Positions 53,398-64,000 of a stretch of DNA of 64,000 nucleotides are shown piece after piece. This DNA is from Octopus vulgaris (taxonomy: Eukaryota), in NCBI GenBank assembly GCA_951406725.2, contig OX597817.1, positions 29,636,001 through 29,700,000 of the forward strand, given 5' to 3'. The notes under the pieces are model-generated. The model did not search any database. It was not told where the DNA came from and was given only the letters and a program-made list of their open reading frames with translations. A program made the translations under genes and the position numbers. Position 1 is the first letter of the stretch. Each line of letters opens with the position of its first letter.

Positions 53398-53491
53398 ATG
53401 CCTGTGTATGTATGTGTGTGTATTTAAGTATATCTATCTATCTATTTATATGAATATATAGATCAAACGATCTCATGCGAATGTATTTTTG

Positions 53492-53523
<32 letters not shown>

Positions 53524-53757
53524 GTTCATATTTATATATTTTATATAAATTTTTAGTATCTATATATTATATATTGTATTCCATCAAGGGTTATGCCTTT
53601 CGAAAAATCTATTGAGGAAAATAATGTGTTTCGATTGTCATTATCTCGGAAGTTGCCTTTTCATGGAAACCTATAATACCTTATATTATTTTACCTCTAT
53701 TTAATGAGTGCTAACTTTTGTTCTGTAAAAGAAATTTATTTCCTTTTATTTTCTTCT

Positions 53758-53790
<33 letters not shown>

Positions 53791-54489
53791 TCATGTGTGT
53801 ACAAATAGATACAGGATTGCTACTGTTAAGTTTAGAGCTCCACGCATATTAGATCCCTTTACATTAATGCATTTAACTGTTCTCTGATTAACCGTTCTGG
53901 TTAAGAATTCAAATGTACTTGGAACATCCAATGCAGGGTTCCAAGCGATCACAATTTCAAACGTACGTAGGGACTAATAGTATAAACTTTTGTTTTTCGT
54001 AATTTCTCATATATCATTTAACCACAGTAGTGGTTGAACATACTCTTAAGTTCACGATTTCGTCAATCGCAGTAGCTTCCAAACTTCACTACTAATTCAG
54101 TTCTCAACTAAATTGCAAACTGTCAACCGTTTTAACGAAGACACCCCCTCAGCTACACTTTGGCATAAATAGTTTGAGATTTGGTTCAGTAGAAAAAAAG
54201 TTACATCAAAATATCTGCGACCTCAACGGGAGCAGTAAGACACCTATTCATCTTCAATTAACATAAATCTTTTTATTTTAAAATAAAAGCATAATTTTCT
54301 TATGCTTAAATAATAGAAAAATGCATGAGGAATTCAGAATCGTTAGTTGTATTGAACAAAAATTAGAAAAAAGTTATGAGGTGAAATGTAATGAAATTTA
54401 TTGTCAGGAAGTGAAGAAGTAAGAAGTAACGCCCCAAGCTATAATGTTAAGATAAGAATGTATTTCTAAAACGAATGCTCATATTCTAA

Positions 54490-54592
54490 CGCGGCGAGTT
54501 TGTAGACACGTTAACGCACCGTACTAAATACTTATCGCTATTTCGTCTGTCTTTTCGTTCGGAGTTCAAATTCCACCGAGGTCGACTTTACG
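54490..54592 (+). mobile_element. SINE family B 5' fragment
   Basis: ATTTCGTCTGTCTTTTCGTTCGGAGTTCAAATTCCACCGAGGTCGACTTT. Confidence 0.7.
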
Positions 54593-56009
54593 TTACGTAT
54601 ATTTTATTTTTAAAGTATTTAATAAAGTTATTTTTAATATGCTGTTAAATTAGGGTAAGTTAAACTTTTATTATTAATTTTCTCATCCAGCTTTAATTAA
54701 CTTGCTTTCTGCTGTTTTTGCTTTTCCTTTTTAGTTGCTTTCCTTTTCTTTTTAGTTATATGCTTCAGATATGTGCATCTAAATTTACTGAGGTAAGAGT
54801 ATAGTCATTTTTGGCTGTGTCTCTATGAGCAGTCCTGAAGGCATGTAGTAAGGCTGTCCAGAAAAGGCATTGGTTAAAAGAGCTTATATTCTAAATTTAC
54901 TTTTTAAATTTCCAAATTAATTAAAAGGGATTTTTCATAAATCAAATTTACATTAATGGGATGTAGGTAATTTTAACTTGTGTATATCTGATATTCTTTA
55001 ATAATTACTGTTGTATTCAATAATTGTTGATAGATCTAGATTACCAGCAGTCAGTGCTATTATCCCCGACTCAAAATCTAGGTTACTTAAGGGAGCCTAG
55101 TAACTGATGATTTTTGGGTCTTGTTGTTAGTAACTTTTGGTGGGCCATGGTACAAGATGGTAAAATTCCCTTCCATTAATTTGGTGTGGATGAGTAATAT
55201 CAAATAATTCAGTCACAATATATATTTAAATTAAGCATGAAAAAAATTGAAATAGTATCATCACTTACATGGAAAAATTGAAATATCTTTCAGTAGTTTA
55301 TAAGTTAAAATCTTAAATTATTAGTTGACACATTATTAATTATCTTATAACAGCAATGCCTAGAAAAATCATGGCTTACATGGAATAATGCGAGCATGAA
55401 AAGTAATATTCTTAAGATTGTACTGGAAAGGTACAGTATAAACCTGGAAAAGTACTAACTCCATCGGTTTCTTTTGCAGAACGACTAGGCCACTGGGACT
55501 TAAACAAACCAATACCGGTTGTCACACACAGACAAACACACACATAGGCACGTACATTATTACACCTGGAAAAATGCAGGACAAGCTATTACTTCTAGTA
55601 AAGTAAAGAATAAGAAACTTTTTACTTAAAATATTGCAGCTAAAATTAAAAATTTGAATATTAAAAATTATTTTATTATAGTTTACAAGTAACACTATAC
55701 TTATTTAAGAAGAATTTGACTAATTTACTACCTTAAATACAAAAAAAAGTGACTCATTAGACAAACTTACAAATTAACGGAACAGTTTTGTTACAATAAA
55801 TCAAAAAGATGAGAACTGTAAAGTTATAAATGAGAAGAACTGGTGTTCTTTGCTGCAATATTTTAAAAGGTTTCTTATTCTTTACTTTACTAGAAGTAAT
55901 AGCTTGTCGTATACTTTTCCAGGTGTAATATCTTGTTCAGGTTTATAATCTTAAGAATATTATTTTTCATGCTCGCATTTTTCCATGAAATGCACACACA
56001 CACACACAC

Positions 56010-56082
<73 letters not shown>

Positions 56083-56428
56083 CACATATACATATATATA
56101 CACATATAGATATATATTCCATTTCTTGTTGTTTACATATTTCATTCGTTTTTTCCTCGTTCGTTTACGCATTTCATGTTATTTACACAGTTGGTGTCAT
56201 TCTGTACCCATATATGCATTTATATATATATCATATGGTATAAACAGGGTAATTTTTAGCCATTTCTCCTCCATGTGATGAAAAACCTTAATCGATTTCG
56301 CGAACCTCATTGGGTTCTCAGCAGAGGTGTTCACAGGCAGCCAAACTGTTTATATACTCAACAAATGCAGCAGTTACTCTATGAGGGAGTCCCTAATTTA
56401 CATACCGAAAGTGTTTAACGTTCATACT

Positions 56429-56487
<59 letters not shown>

Positions 56488-56491
<4 letters not shown>

Positions 56492-56886
56492 TGCAGGCGT
56501 GGCTGTATGGTAAGAAGCTTGCTTATCAACCACATGGTTCCGGATTCAGTTCCAACCAAAACCTTGTGAGCGGATTTGGTAGACGGAAACTGGAAGAAGC
56601 CCGTCGTATATATATATACACATACATACATACATACATACAAATATGTATATACTTGTGTGTGCGTGTGTTTGTTCCCCCACCCCCGTTGCATCACTTG
56701 ACAAACGATGCTGGTGTGTTTATATCCCTGTAAATTAGCGGCCCGGCAAAAAAGACCGATAGAATGATAGAATAAGTACTAGGCTTACAAAGAATAAGTT
56801 CTGGGGTCGATTTTTCGACTAACATGCTTCAAGGCGGTACTCCAGCATGGCCGCAGTCAAATAATTGAACCAAGTAAAAGGATAAA

Positions 56887-56917
<31 letters not shown>

Positions 56918-57090
56918 TATACATGCACGTGCCGGGCTTCTTTCACTTTCCGTGTATCAAATCCACTCACAAGGCTTTGGCCGGCCCTAAGCTATAGAAG
57001 ACACTTACCTAAGGTTGCAGGCAGTGGGTGTGAACCTGGAACCATGCTGTTGGGGAGCAAGCTTCTTACCACACTGCCATGCCTACGACT
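56488..57090. mobile_element. SINE family C: + copy (56488-56882) followed by an inverted 5' half (~56930-57090)
   Basis: Homology to 51634-52048; both pieces abut (TA)n. Confidence 0.85.
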
Positions 57091-58484
57091 GCCCCACTTA
57101 CCGCAATAAGATATTTACTTATAGCTAGTCTCTTTGACTGGATCGGTGGAATTCCTTGTGCTTCTTGAAACACATATCTTTTCATTTTGAGTTCGAACGC
57201 ATTTGCAATAGACTTGGCCTTCTATCGTTTTGAGGTCAATAAAATAAGAATTAGTTTAGCTTCGAGGTCGATGTAATCGATTCTATTGATTCTTCAAATT
57301 TAAGGCCCAGTGCCAATGCTAGAAAATTAGTGTATACTTGGTTTACTTTAGCAGTGTGCCCTAGAAAGATAGTTTAGGAAAATGTGGGATCAATTTTATT
57401 TGAAAATTTTTTTAAATACTGGTTAAAAACCAAAGTTCGAATAAAACAGTATAAAATAATATAGTTATAAATCTGGTGATTAAGCTTGTATTTGTTTGTT
57501 GTTGAAGATTCTATAGCAATAAAAATATAGGGAACAAAGAATTATCTTTAGCATTTTTATATACATTAACATTTTTATATATATTACATTTTGATAGACA
57601 TTACATTTTTATATACATTAGCCTTTTTATATACATGTACATTAGTACAATTCTTTGTAATTTCATGTGTTGCGTGTATGAATGAAATATAATGACATTT
57701 CCAAAAGATGAGAGTTGAAATTTCTTATTAATGTAAACCATAGCCTTCAGCAACAACACGAGTAATCTCGATAGAGAGCTGAACTTCGAGGTTTTTATAA
57801 TCTCACTAAAAATGCTCTAGATTCTAGAACATTCTAGAAGTCTTTTCGGTGCATAAATTGAACATTTCCTTTTGTCCGTCAACACCTATCAAAAACTAAC
57901 TTTAAAGATGAGTAGTTGGAAGAAAAAAAGTGTCTGAAGATGTTCAGAGTTCAGGAATATAATCAAATATAATATCATTTGCCAGCAGTTTTGACTTTGA
58001 AGTTTAAACATTCCTGGTTTGATTTCGAGTAGGGCTATTTCTTAGAAGCGCATGAAAAGTAAGTCCAAATTCGTACAGGAAATTGGATAATTCTGAAGAT
58101 AGGTAAAATTTTAAATTGCAGTTGAGCAAATGGCCTAAGTTATTTGCCGTAAGTTTACGTAGAATAGGGGTAAAAATTAAACATTCCAAACTCTGGTTTT
58201 GTTGTTTAGCACCGAGTCAACACTGATTGAGTAAAATCTCTGATGAAAGGCACTCCAGCCTTTATTTTTTTGTATGTCAGGTACTACATTGCTGAAAGTA
58301 TCATTTCTAAAGATAGCAGAGTATGATATGAAGGTTATTCAGCTGCTAGTTGTAATTGTGCGAGTGACTGCAATTTTAACAGATCAAGCAACCACAAGGA
58401 AACTCTGTTGATAGCTTAAGCTCTAGCTGTTACTTAACCCCAACCTATCATAAAATGATTTCAGCTATGACTACCTTGTGTGCA

Positions 58485-58499
<15 letters not shown>

Positions 58500-58522
<23 letters not shown>

Positions 58523-58705
58523 CCCACCTGCCATAACTTGACACCTGATGATGGTATGTTTATGACCCGCAACTTAGCGGTTCGGCAAAAGAGACTGATA
58601 AAATAACTACTAGGCTTACAAAGAGATCGATTTCTTTAAAAAAAAGTCTTTTAAGGTTGTGTTCTAGCATGGCCGCAGTCAAATAACTGAAACAGGTATA
58701 AGAAT
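58500..58705 (+). mobile_element. SINE family C 3' half
   Basis: AACTTAGCGGTTCGGCAAAAGAGAC…AGCATGGCCGCAGTCAAATAACTGAAACAGG. Confidence 0.8.
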
Positions 58706-60385
58706 AGAAGAATAAAGTGTACACACACTCACACACACACACGCAGATATATATAACGTAAAAGAATAGGATTTTGAAACCGGGCAAGTATCATATGAAC
58801 ACTCTAATACAATATCCAGATTTTGCTGACCACATCGAATGATAGAAGACATTCAGAATTGCTAAGATAAAACCAATTCTTTCATATGCCGCATGAGCGG
58901 CGGGTGTATCATTTTGATAGGAAGGCGAAGGACGATGATCTGATCAATAACGATGAAGGATTAAAGCAGATATTTAAATCTCATAGGATTCCACCCACTA
59001 CACTACAGCTGAAGAGCTTTGAAGACGAACAAAGGAATGTAATCCGGAACATAAACTTCCATCGATTCCCTATACGTATGATGAAAAAATTACACCTTTT
59101 AGTTACGGAGCTACGAAAAAATCCGCGGATAAAACCGGTAATAGATACCATTTGGATTATAAACTCTATTCTACTTTCGTTAGGAAAGAAATTCTGAAAA
59201 ATTATGTAACATTTGAAAATAACTTGTTGAATATTAGCTTACAGGTATAGAAAATAGTAGAGGGATTGCATCTAGAAGATAGGACATAATCTACATTACT
59301 AAAACTCCTAGAATTAATCCGAAGCATATTAATCCGAAGTTCAACTTTACTAATCCCTTTGTCAGGCTTCTATCCCCTTCTAAATCGGATATAGGCAAAA
59401 TTAGTAAATTTATTATTGACAAGCACATACCTAAACTTGGAAACATAATTAAACTTAACTTATGGTCTAGTTCATATGAAGTTATAAGTTGGTTTGCTGA
59501 TATCAAAAGTAAAAAACTGATTAAATTTATACAATTAGATTACTTTGCATCAATTAATCCAACTTTATATTATAAAGCATTAACATTCGCAATGGGAAGC
59601 TCCAGCTCATCTAAAAAAGAAATAGAGATTATACTAGATGTTAGAGGACCTATAATTGAGTTTGAAGGAAAATACAGGATAAGAAACGATAGACCAGATG
59701 AGTTTCACTTTATTATAGATCCCAGAGATTTCGTTTGAGTAAATGGTGTAGTGGGAATTTCAATTTTAAAATGTACTAATAGCGAATTTCCAGAGCTGTG
59801 GAGCGACACTCTCTTTATTGTGCATAAATCTAGTAATGTAAACTTGGAAATCCCGGAAAATTTCTTCAAATTATTTTAAGGTCAAGGTCTGTCTATTTCC
59901 ATTGAAAATTAACATTATAGATGTTAATTTGGATTTGGGTACGAGAATATACCAACGGTATATATCGTCATTTATATAGAAGGTCAAAAGTAAAATAGCA
60001 GATGCAAAAAAGAAACGAACACGCAATACAGCGAGAAAAGTATTAAAAATAACCGTTAACACGTATGGATGTATAAATACCCTCAGGCAAGCTTCATGGC
60101 GCAAGTACACTCGCTCATACAAGCATCTATGAAGATGTAAATATACACACAGGTGTGGTTTGGTGCACACACGTTCACATAGCGAGTAAAATAGCTACTT
60201 GATGTTTACACGAATGAGGAGGTTAAAACTAAACTTAATTCGTCCATACCTTAAAGTAAATTACGTTGACAGTTAGTCAAATTCATTATGCACCGCATTA
60301 ACAATAGTAAAATGCGACAACAGTTCAATAACCCAGCTACTGGATATAGCAAACATACGCATCTAAATACCAACGAAGGAGATAT

Positions 60386-60773
60386 GGACTGGAAGCACTC
60401 CGTCGGTTACGATGATGAGGGTTCCGGTTGATCCGAATCAACGGAACAGCCTGCTCGTGAAATTAACGTGTAAGTGGCTGAGCACTCCACAGACACGTGC
60501 ACCCTTAACGTAGTTCTCGGGGATATTCAGCGTGACATAGAGAGTGACAAGGCCGGTCCCTTGAAATACAGGTACAACAGAAACAGGAAGTAAGAGTGAG
60601 AGAAAGTTGTGGTGAAAGAGTACAGCAGGGATCACCACCATCCCCTGCCCGTGTCTCCTGGAGCTTTTAGGTGTTTTCGCTCAATAAACACTCACAACGC
60701 TCGGTCTGGGAATCGAAATCGCGATCCTATGACCGCGAGTCCGCTGCCCTAACCACTGGGCCATTGCGCCTCC
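60386..60773 (-). mobile_element. SINE family A, full length, nested in the Penelope element
   Basis: 13-bp TSD ACGAAGGAGATAT at 60373-60385 and 60774-60786. Confidence 0.93.
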
Positions 60774-60842
60774 ACGAAGGAGATATAAACCGCAATGGAA
60801 AGCAACAAATACGGCCAAATTGTGATAGAAGTGATTATAATA

Positions 60843-61222
60843 TATTTTGTTTTTGGAATTGGTTTGCAAGATTCTTTATTTGAGTTCGTGTGTTGAAGCA
60901 TATTTTTGTTGTGTCTGGAGAGAGTCATTTTCTTTTTGTGCCTTATAATGTAACAGACTCACAGTTAGAATTTCCAATTATTTCTTATTTTTATTTTCCT
61001 AAAATTTTCGTTGCGTCTTGCAACCTTACTTATTTCTTATTTTTATGTTCCTAAAATTTTCATTGCCTCTTGCAACCTTTTCAATAGTCAAGACTACTGA
61101 AAAGGTTGCAAGACGCAACGAAAATTTTAGGAAAATAAAAATAAGAAAAAAGTGGAAATTTTACTGGTGAGTGTGTTACATTATAAGGCACAAAAAGAAA
61201 ATAACTCTCCCCAGACACAAAA
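60843..61222. mobile_element. Palindromic Penelope-LTR-like insertion, same family as 15818-16221
   Basis: Symmetry centre TTTTCAATAGTC-AA-GACTACTGAAAA (~61090). TSD GATTATAATA at 60833-60842 and 61223-61232. Hammerhead-like CTGAAAAG-GTTGC(aagac)GCAAC-GAAA. Confidence 0.82.
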
Positions 61223-61714
61223 GATTATAATAGAGCTAACACAGTAACAACGTCTTAAAATGAAGTCAGAACTGCCATGTATACAAATATATATAATAAA
61301 TGCTCATGCAGAGAGAAATTAAAAGGCCAGTTGATGAACCTCTGTATGAGTACAAACCTTGTATATAAGTGTACCGTGCACACAAGGGGTGGGTCGTATG
61401 TTTACATCGGGCAAACGAGCGATTCGTTTAAGAATCGTTATCGCAACTATGTCGCCAGCTTCAAAAGAATCAATAAGAGACATTCAACATTTTTGGCCGA
61501 TATTGTGTGGCGGTAGATAAAGGTAGATAAAATTAAGTATAGCATAACTTTGGCCATAGTAAAGCAAGCAAAACTATACCATATCATTTCCCGTAGGTGC
61601 CGACTCTGCTCCGAGGAATCCCTGTCTATTCAGTGGACAAATAAGAACATCATTAATAGAATTTCTGAAAGACTCTCTCAATATGCCTACATGCATTTTC
61701 GCACAATGCAGTGG

Positions 61715-62045
61715 AAGTGAATTTGAATAACTGGTAATATAATTTACTTTAAGGTATGGATGAATTAAATTTAGTTTTAACCTCTCCATTCTTATAAACG
61801 CCAAGTAGCTATTTAACTCGTTATGTAAACGTGTGTGCACCAAACCACACGTGTGTGCATGCTCACATCCTCATGGATACATGTATGAGCGAGTTTACAT
61901 GCGCCATCCAGCTTGCAAGAGGGCGTTTATACATCCTTGTCTGTCAACGGTTATTTCTAATACTTTTCCCACTGTATTGCGTGTTCGTTTCTCTTTTGCA
62001 TCTGTTATTTTATTTTTGATTTCCTATATAAATGAAGATATATCC
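61715..62045 (-). mobile_element. Inverted, diverged copy of the Penelope internal segment 59960-60286
   Basis: Reverse-complement homology. The antisense ORFs MCTKPHLCV… (59871-60170) and MCTKPHVCA… (61833-62189) mirror each other. Confidence 0.85.
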
Positions 62046-62296
62046 TTTGTTTTACTGCTTTTCTTTCCGCGAAATGAGAAGATGCATGGCGGAACTGTTA
62101 TTTTAACGAGTTATATCTATTTATTACCTGAAGAGACACACCTGCACCGTCGGATGTTACGTATCCCACCCGCGAAAGAGCGATGCTAGATGTTTCGAGA
62201 CAATTGTTATGATTAATAAAAATTCTCCTATCTTTTATCTTCCGTCTTTCCTTACCATGCACATAACGAACACTGTGATATATATATACAGTGATA

Positions 62297-62349
<53 letters not shown>

Positions 62350-62442
62350 GTATGTATGTATGCTCGATAAACCTCCTTCTTTCCTTCTTTCCTGACGAAT
62401 AATACTATAATTGTTCCACATCCTCGCGTTGCTTGTATTAAA

Positions 62443-62485
<43 letters not shown>

Positions 62486-62490
62486 AAACA

Positions 62491-62640
62491 TATTTAAAAA
62501 AGCAGAATATAACCAAAGCTGTTACTCAGTGTCACGTTCCTGTTCGTCGGACAGTTTTGTTAAAAAAAAATGTCCGACGAACGAGGAACGTGAAACTCTG
62601 AGTAACAGCTTTTGTTATATTTCTGATGCTTTTAAATAAA
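62491..62640. mobile_element. Short palindromic repeat with hammerhead-like motif
   Basis: Arms AAAGCTGTTACTCAG…CACGTTCCTGTTCGTCGGACA and TGTCCGACGAACGAGGAACGTG…CTGAGTAACAGCTTT. The right arm reads TGT-CCGACGA-ACG(aggaa)CGT-GAAA-CTCTGAG-TA-ACA. Confidence 0.7.
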
Positions 62641-64000
62641 GCATATTACTCTACCCCTGGTATTTGAGTACTCTTTTTTCCACCTTGTTTTCACATTTAT
62701 GTACTTACTCCGGTATATATATCTATATCTATCTATATATATATATGTATGTGTGTGTGTATGTATGTATGGGTGCATACACACACACACACATACACAC
62801 ATATATATATACACACATTAATGGATGCAGCTATATGCGCGCACACACATACACACATACGTATACTCACACACACATATACATACATACATGCATACAT
62901 ACATTCATACATACATACTTGACGCATATGAAATATACCATCAGTAACCCGTTTCAGCATGAAATTTTTGCCTACCAGAAGCTTACAAATGATGGAGTTA
63001 TTATGCAAATCATTCACAATGCAAGAAATAGCTGCTCAATTTCCACCTTATGCGCTATCGTCTTCAAAAAGGAAGTTCACATAAGTCTATGAGGTTTTTA
63101 TATATTGATATAAAAAGACAAGCTTTTCCTGGCAGGAATGTCATTGACCATTGGTAACATCTCATCTAGGTGTGTGCTTATTGGTATGCACAGTTTTGCA
63201 ACTAGCGCATAAAAGAAAAATATGTGCATATAGAGTTTTAAGATGAAATCGAATTTCTTTTTTTTAATTGAAGATTACTCTTGTGGATAGACACATAGTC
63301 TTTTTTTTTTTTTTTGTAAAAAAAAAATGTAAGATAAAAAAGAAAATTTGCAGACCAGCAGATTTCTGCACGTACCCATAGTAAAAGATTAGAAGAAACA
63401 TTGACCAAATGTCTATTCAATCTGGGCTAGCCGGGATTATACTACTGTTACCACCACCACCACCGCCGCAGCAGCAGCAGCAGCAGCGGCACCATCACCA
63501 CCACCACTACTACTACTAATACTACTACTACACTTCTAATATATACAAATGCACTTTAGAGAGAAAGGAGCAAGTTGCCCACAGAAAAAATATTAGATTT
63601 TTTTTTTAAGAAAAACGAAAAAGATATGTAACGTTAATTTGTAGCAGGTATGGAACTATTATCAATTTAATAAGATTGAGGCCTTATATCTAAACATGTG
63701 GAGCACGTCACTAGATTCTGCAAAGCATAACATGACACCTATAAAGGCTTTATTAGTGCTCTAAAGGGGCTGCTAAAAACCTTTAAATATATAGGGAAAA
63801 TTTCTACAAACAATACTCTTAGCTTAACTAAACTTATTTTATATTCTACTTTGACTTCCCCGTTGATACAATTCAACCGGTTGGTAAATGGATAACCCAC
63901 CCTGAGTATTTTCGAATTCCTATGAATTACACCGTTTTTTGTTCTCTATTTACCTTGTACATTCCACTGTAGATTGTCCATTCTGCCATAGTTTTATTGG

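Larger units (their letters stand above)
58820..61710 (+). mobile_element. Decayed Penelope-like retroelement (RT + GIY-YIG endonuclease), interrupted by two insertions
   Basis: From 59361: VRLLSPSKSDIGKISKFIIDKHIPKLGNIIKLNLWSSSYEVISWFADIKSKKLIKFIQLDYFASINPTLYYKALTFA (Penelope RT pattern RLINP.KS.IGKISK…W…VI.WF…FI..D…SI). At 61277-61630: CSCREK…LCMSTNLVYKCTV…YVYIGQTSDSFKNRY…STFLADIVW*…YSITLAIVKQAKLY…CRLCSEE (GIY-YIG with Cys motifs). Multiple stops and frameshifts. Confidence 0.88.

Noticed and set aside
54600-55250. Possible Penelope N-terminal remnants (also 5900-6900 and 47050-47800)
   Set aside because: Strand-biased composition is suggestive, but no diagnostic motif could be read.

Overview
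Eukaryotic, AT-rich, microsatellite-dense DNA with no intact protein-coding gene that I can recognise. The tRNA-derived SINE families and repeat landscape look like an octopus (coleoid cephalopod) intron or intergenic region; this is an inference, not a database result. The window opens inside a homogeneous 73-bp satellite (1-4912, 67 units plus a partial one). The satellite shows an incipient 7-monomer higher-order pattern and, on the minus strand, a GTAAGT...CAG plus 21-nt in-frame 'microexon' architecture. The rest is a mosaic of mobile-element debris: at least four tRNA/SINE families (many with clear TSDs, some swapping modules or inserted as multimers), degenerate non-LTR retrotransposons (HERO/R2-like, R4/Dong-like, RTE-like), a decayed Penelope-like element (RT + GIY-YIG), an internally deleted mariner with both TIRs, a Tigger/pogo fragment, and a 421-bp MITE with 8-bp TSD and TTAGGG repeats. 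Several short Penelope-LTR-like repeats carry minimal type I hammerhead-ribozyme motifs, one essentially canonical (12833-12878), and some have inserted as palindromes. Nearly all ORFs in the supplied track are artefacts of microsatellites or SINEs.
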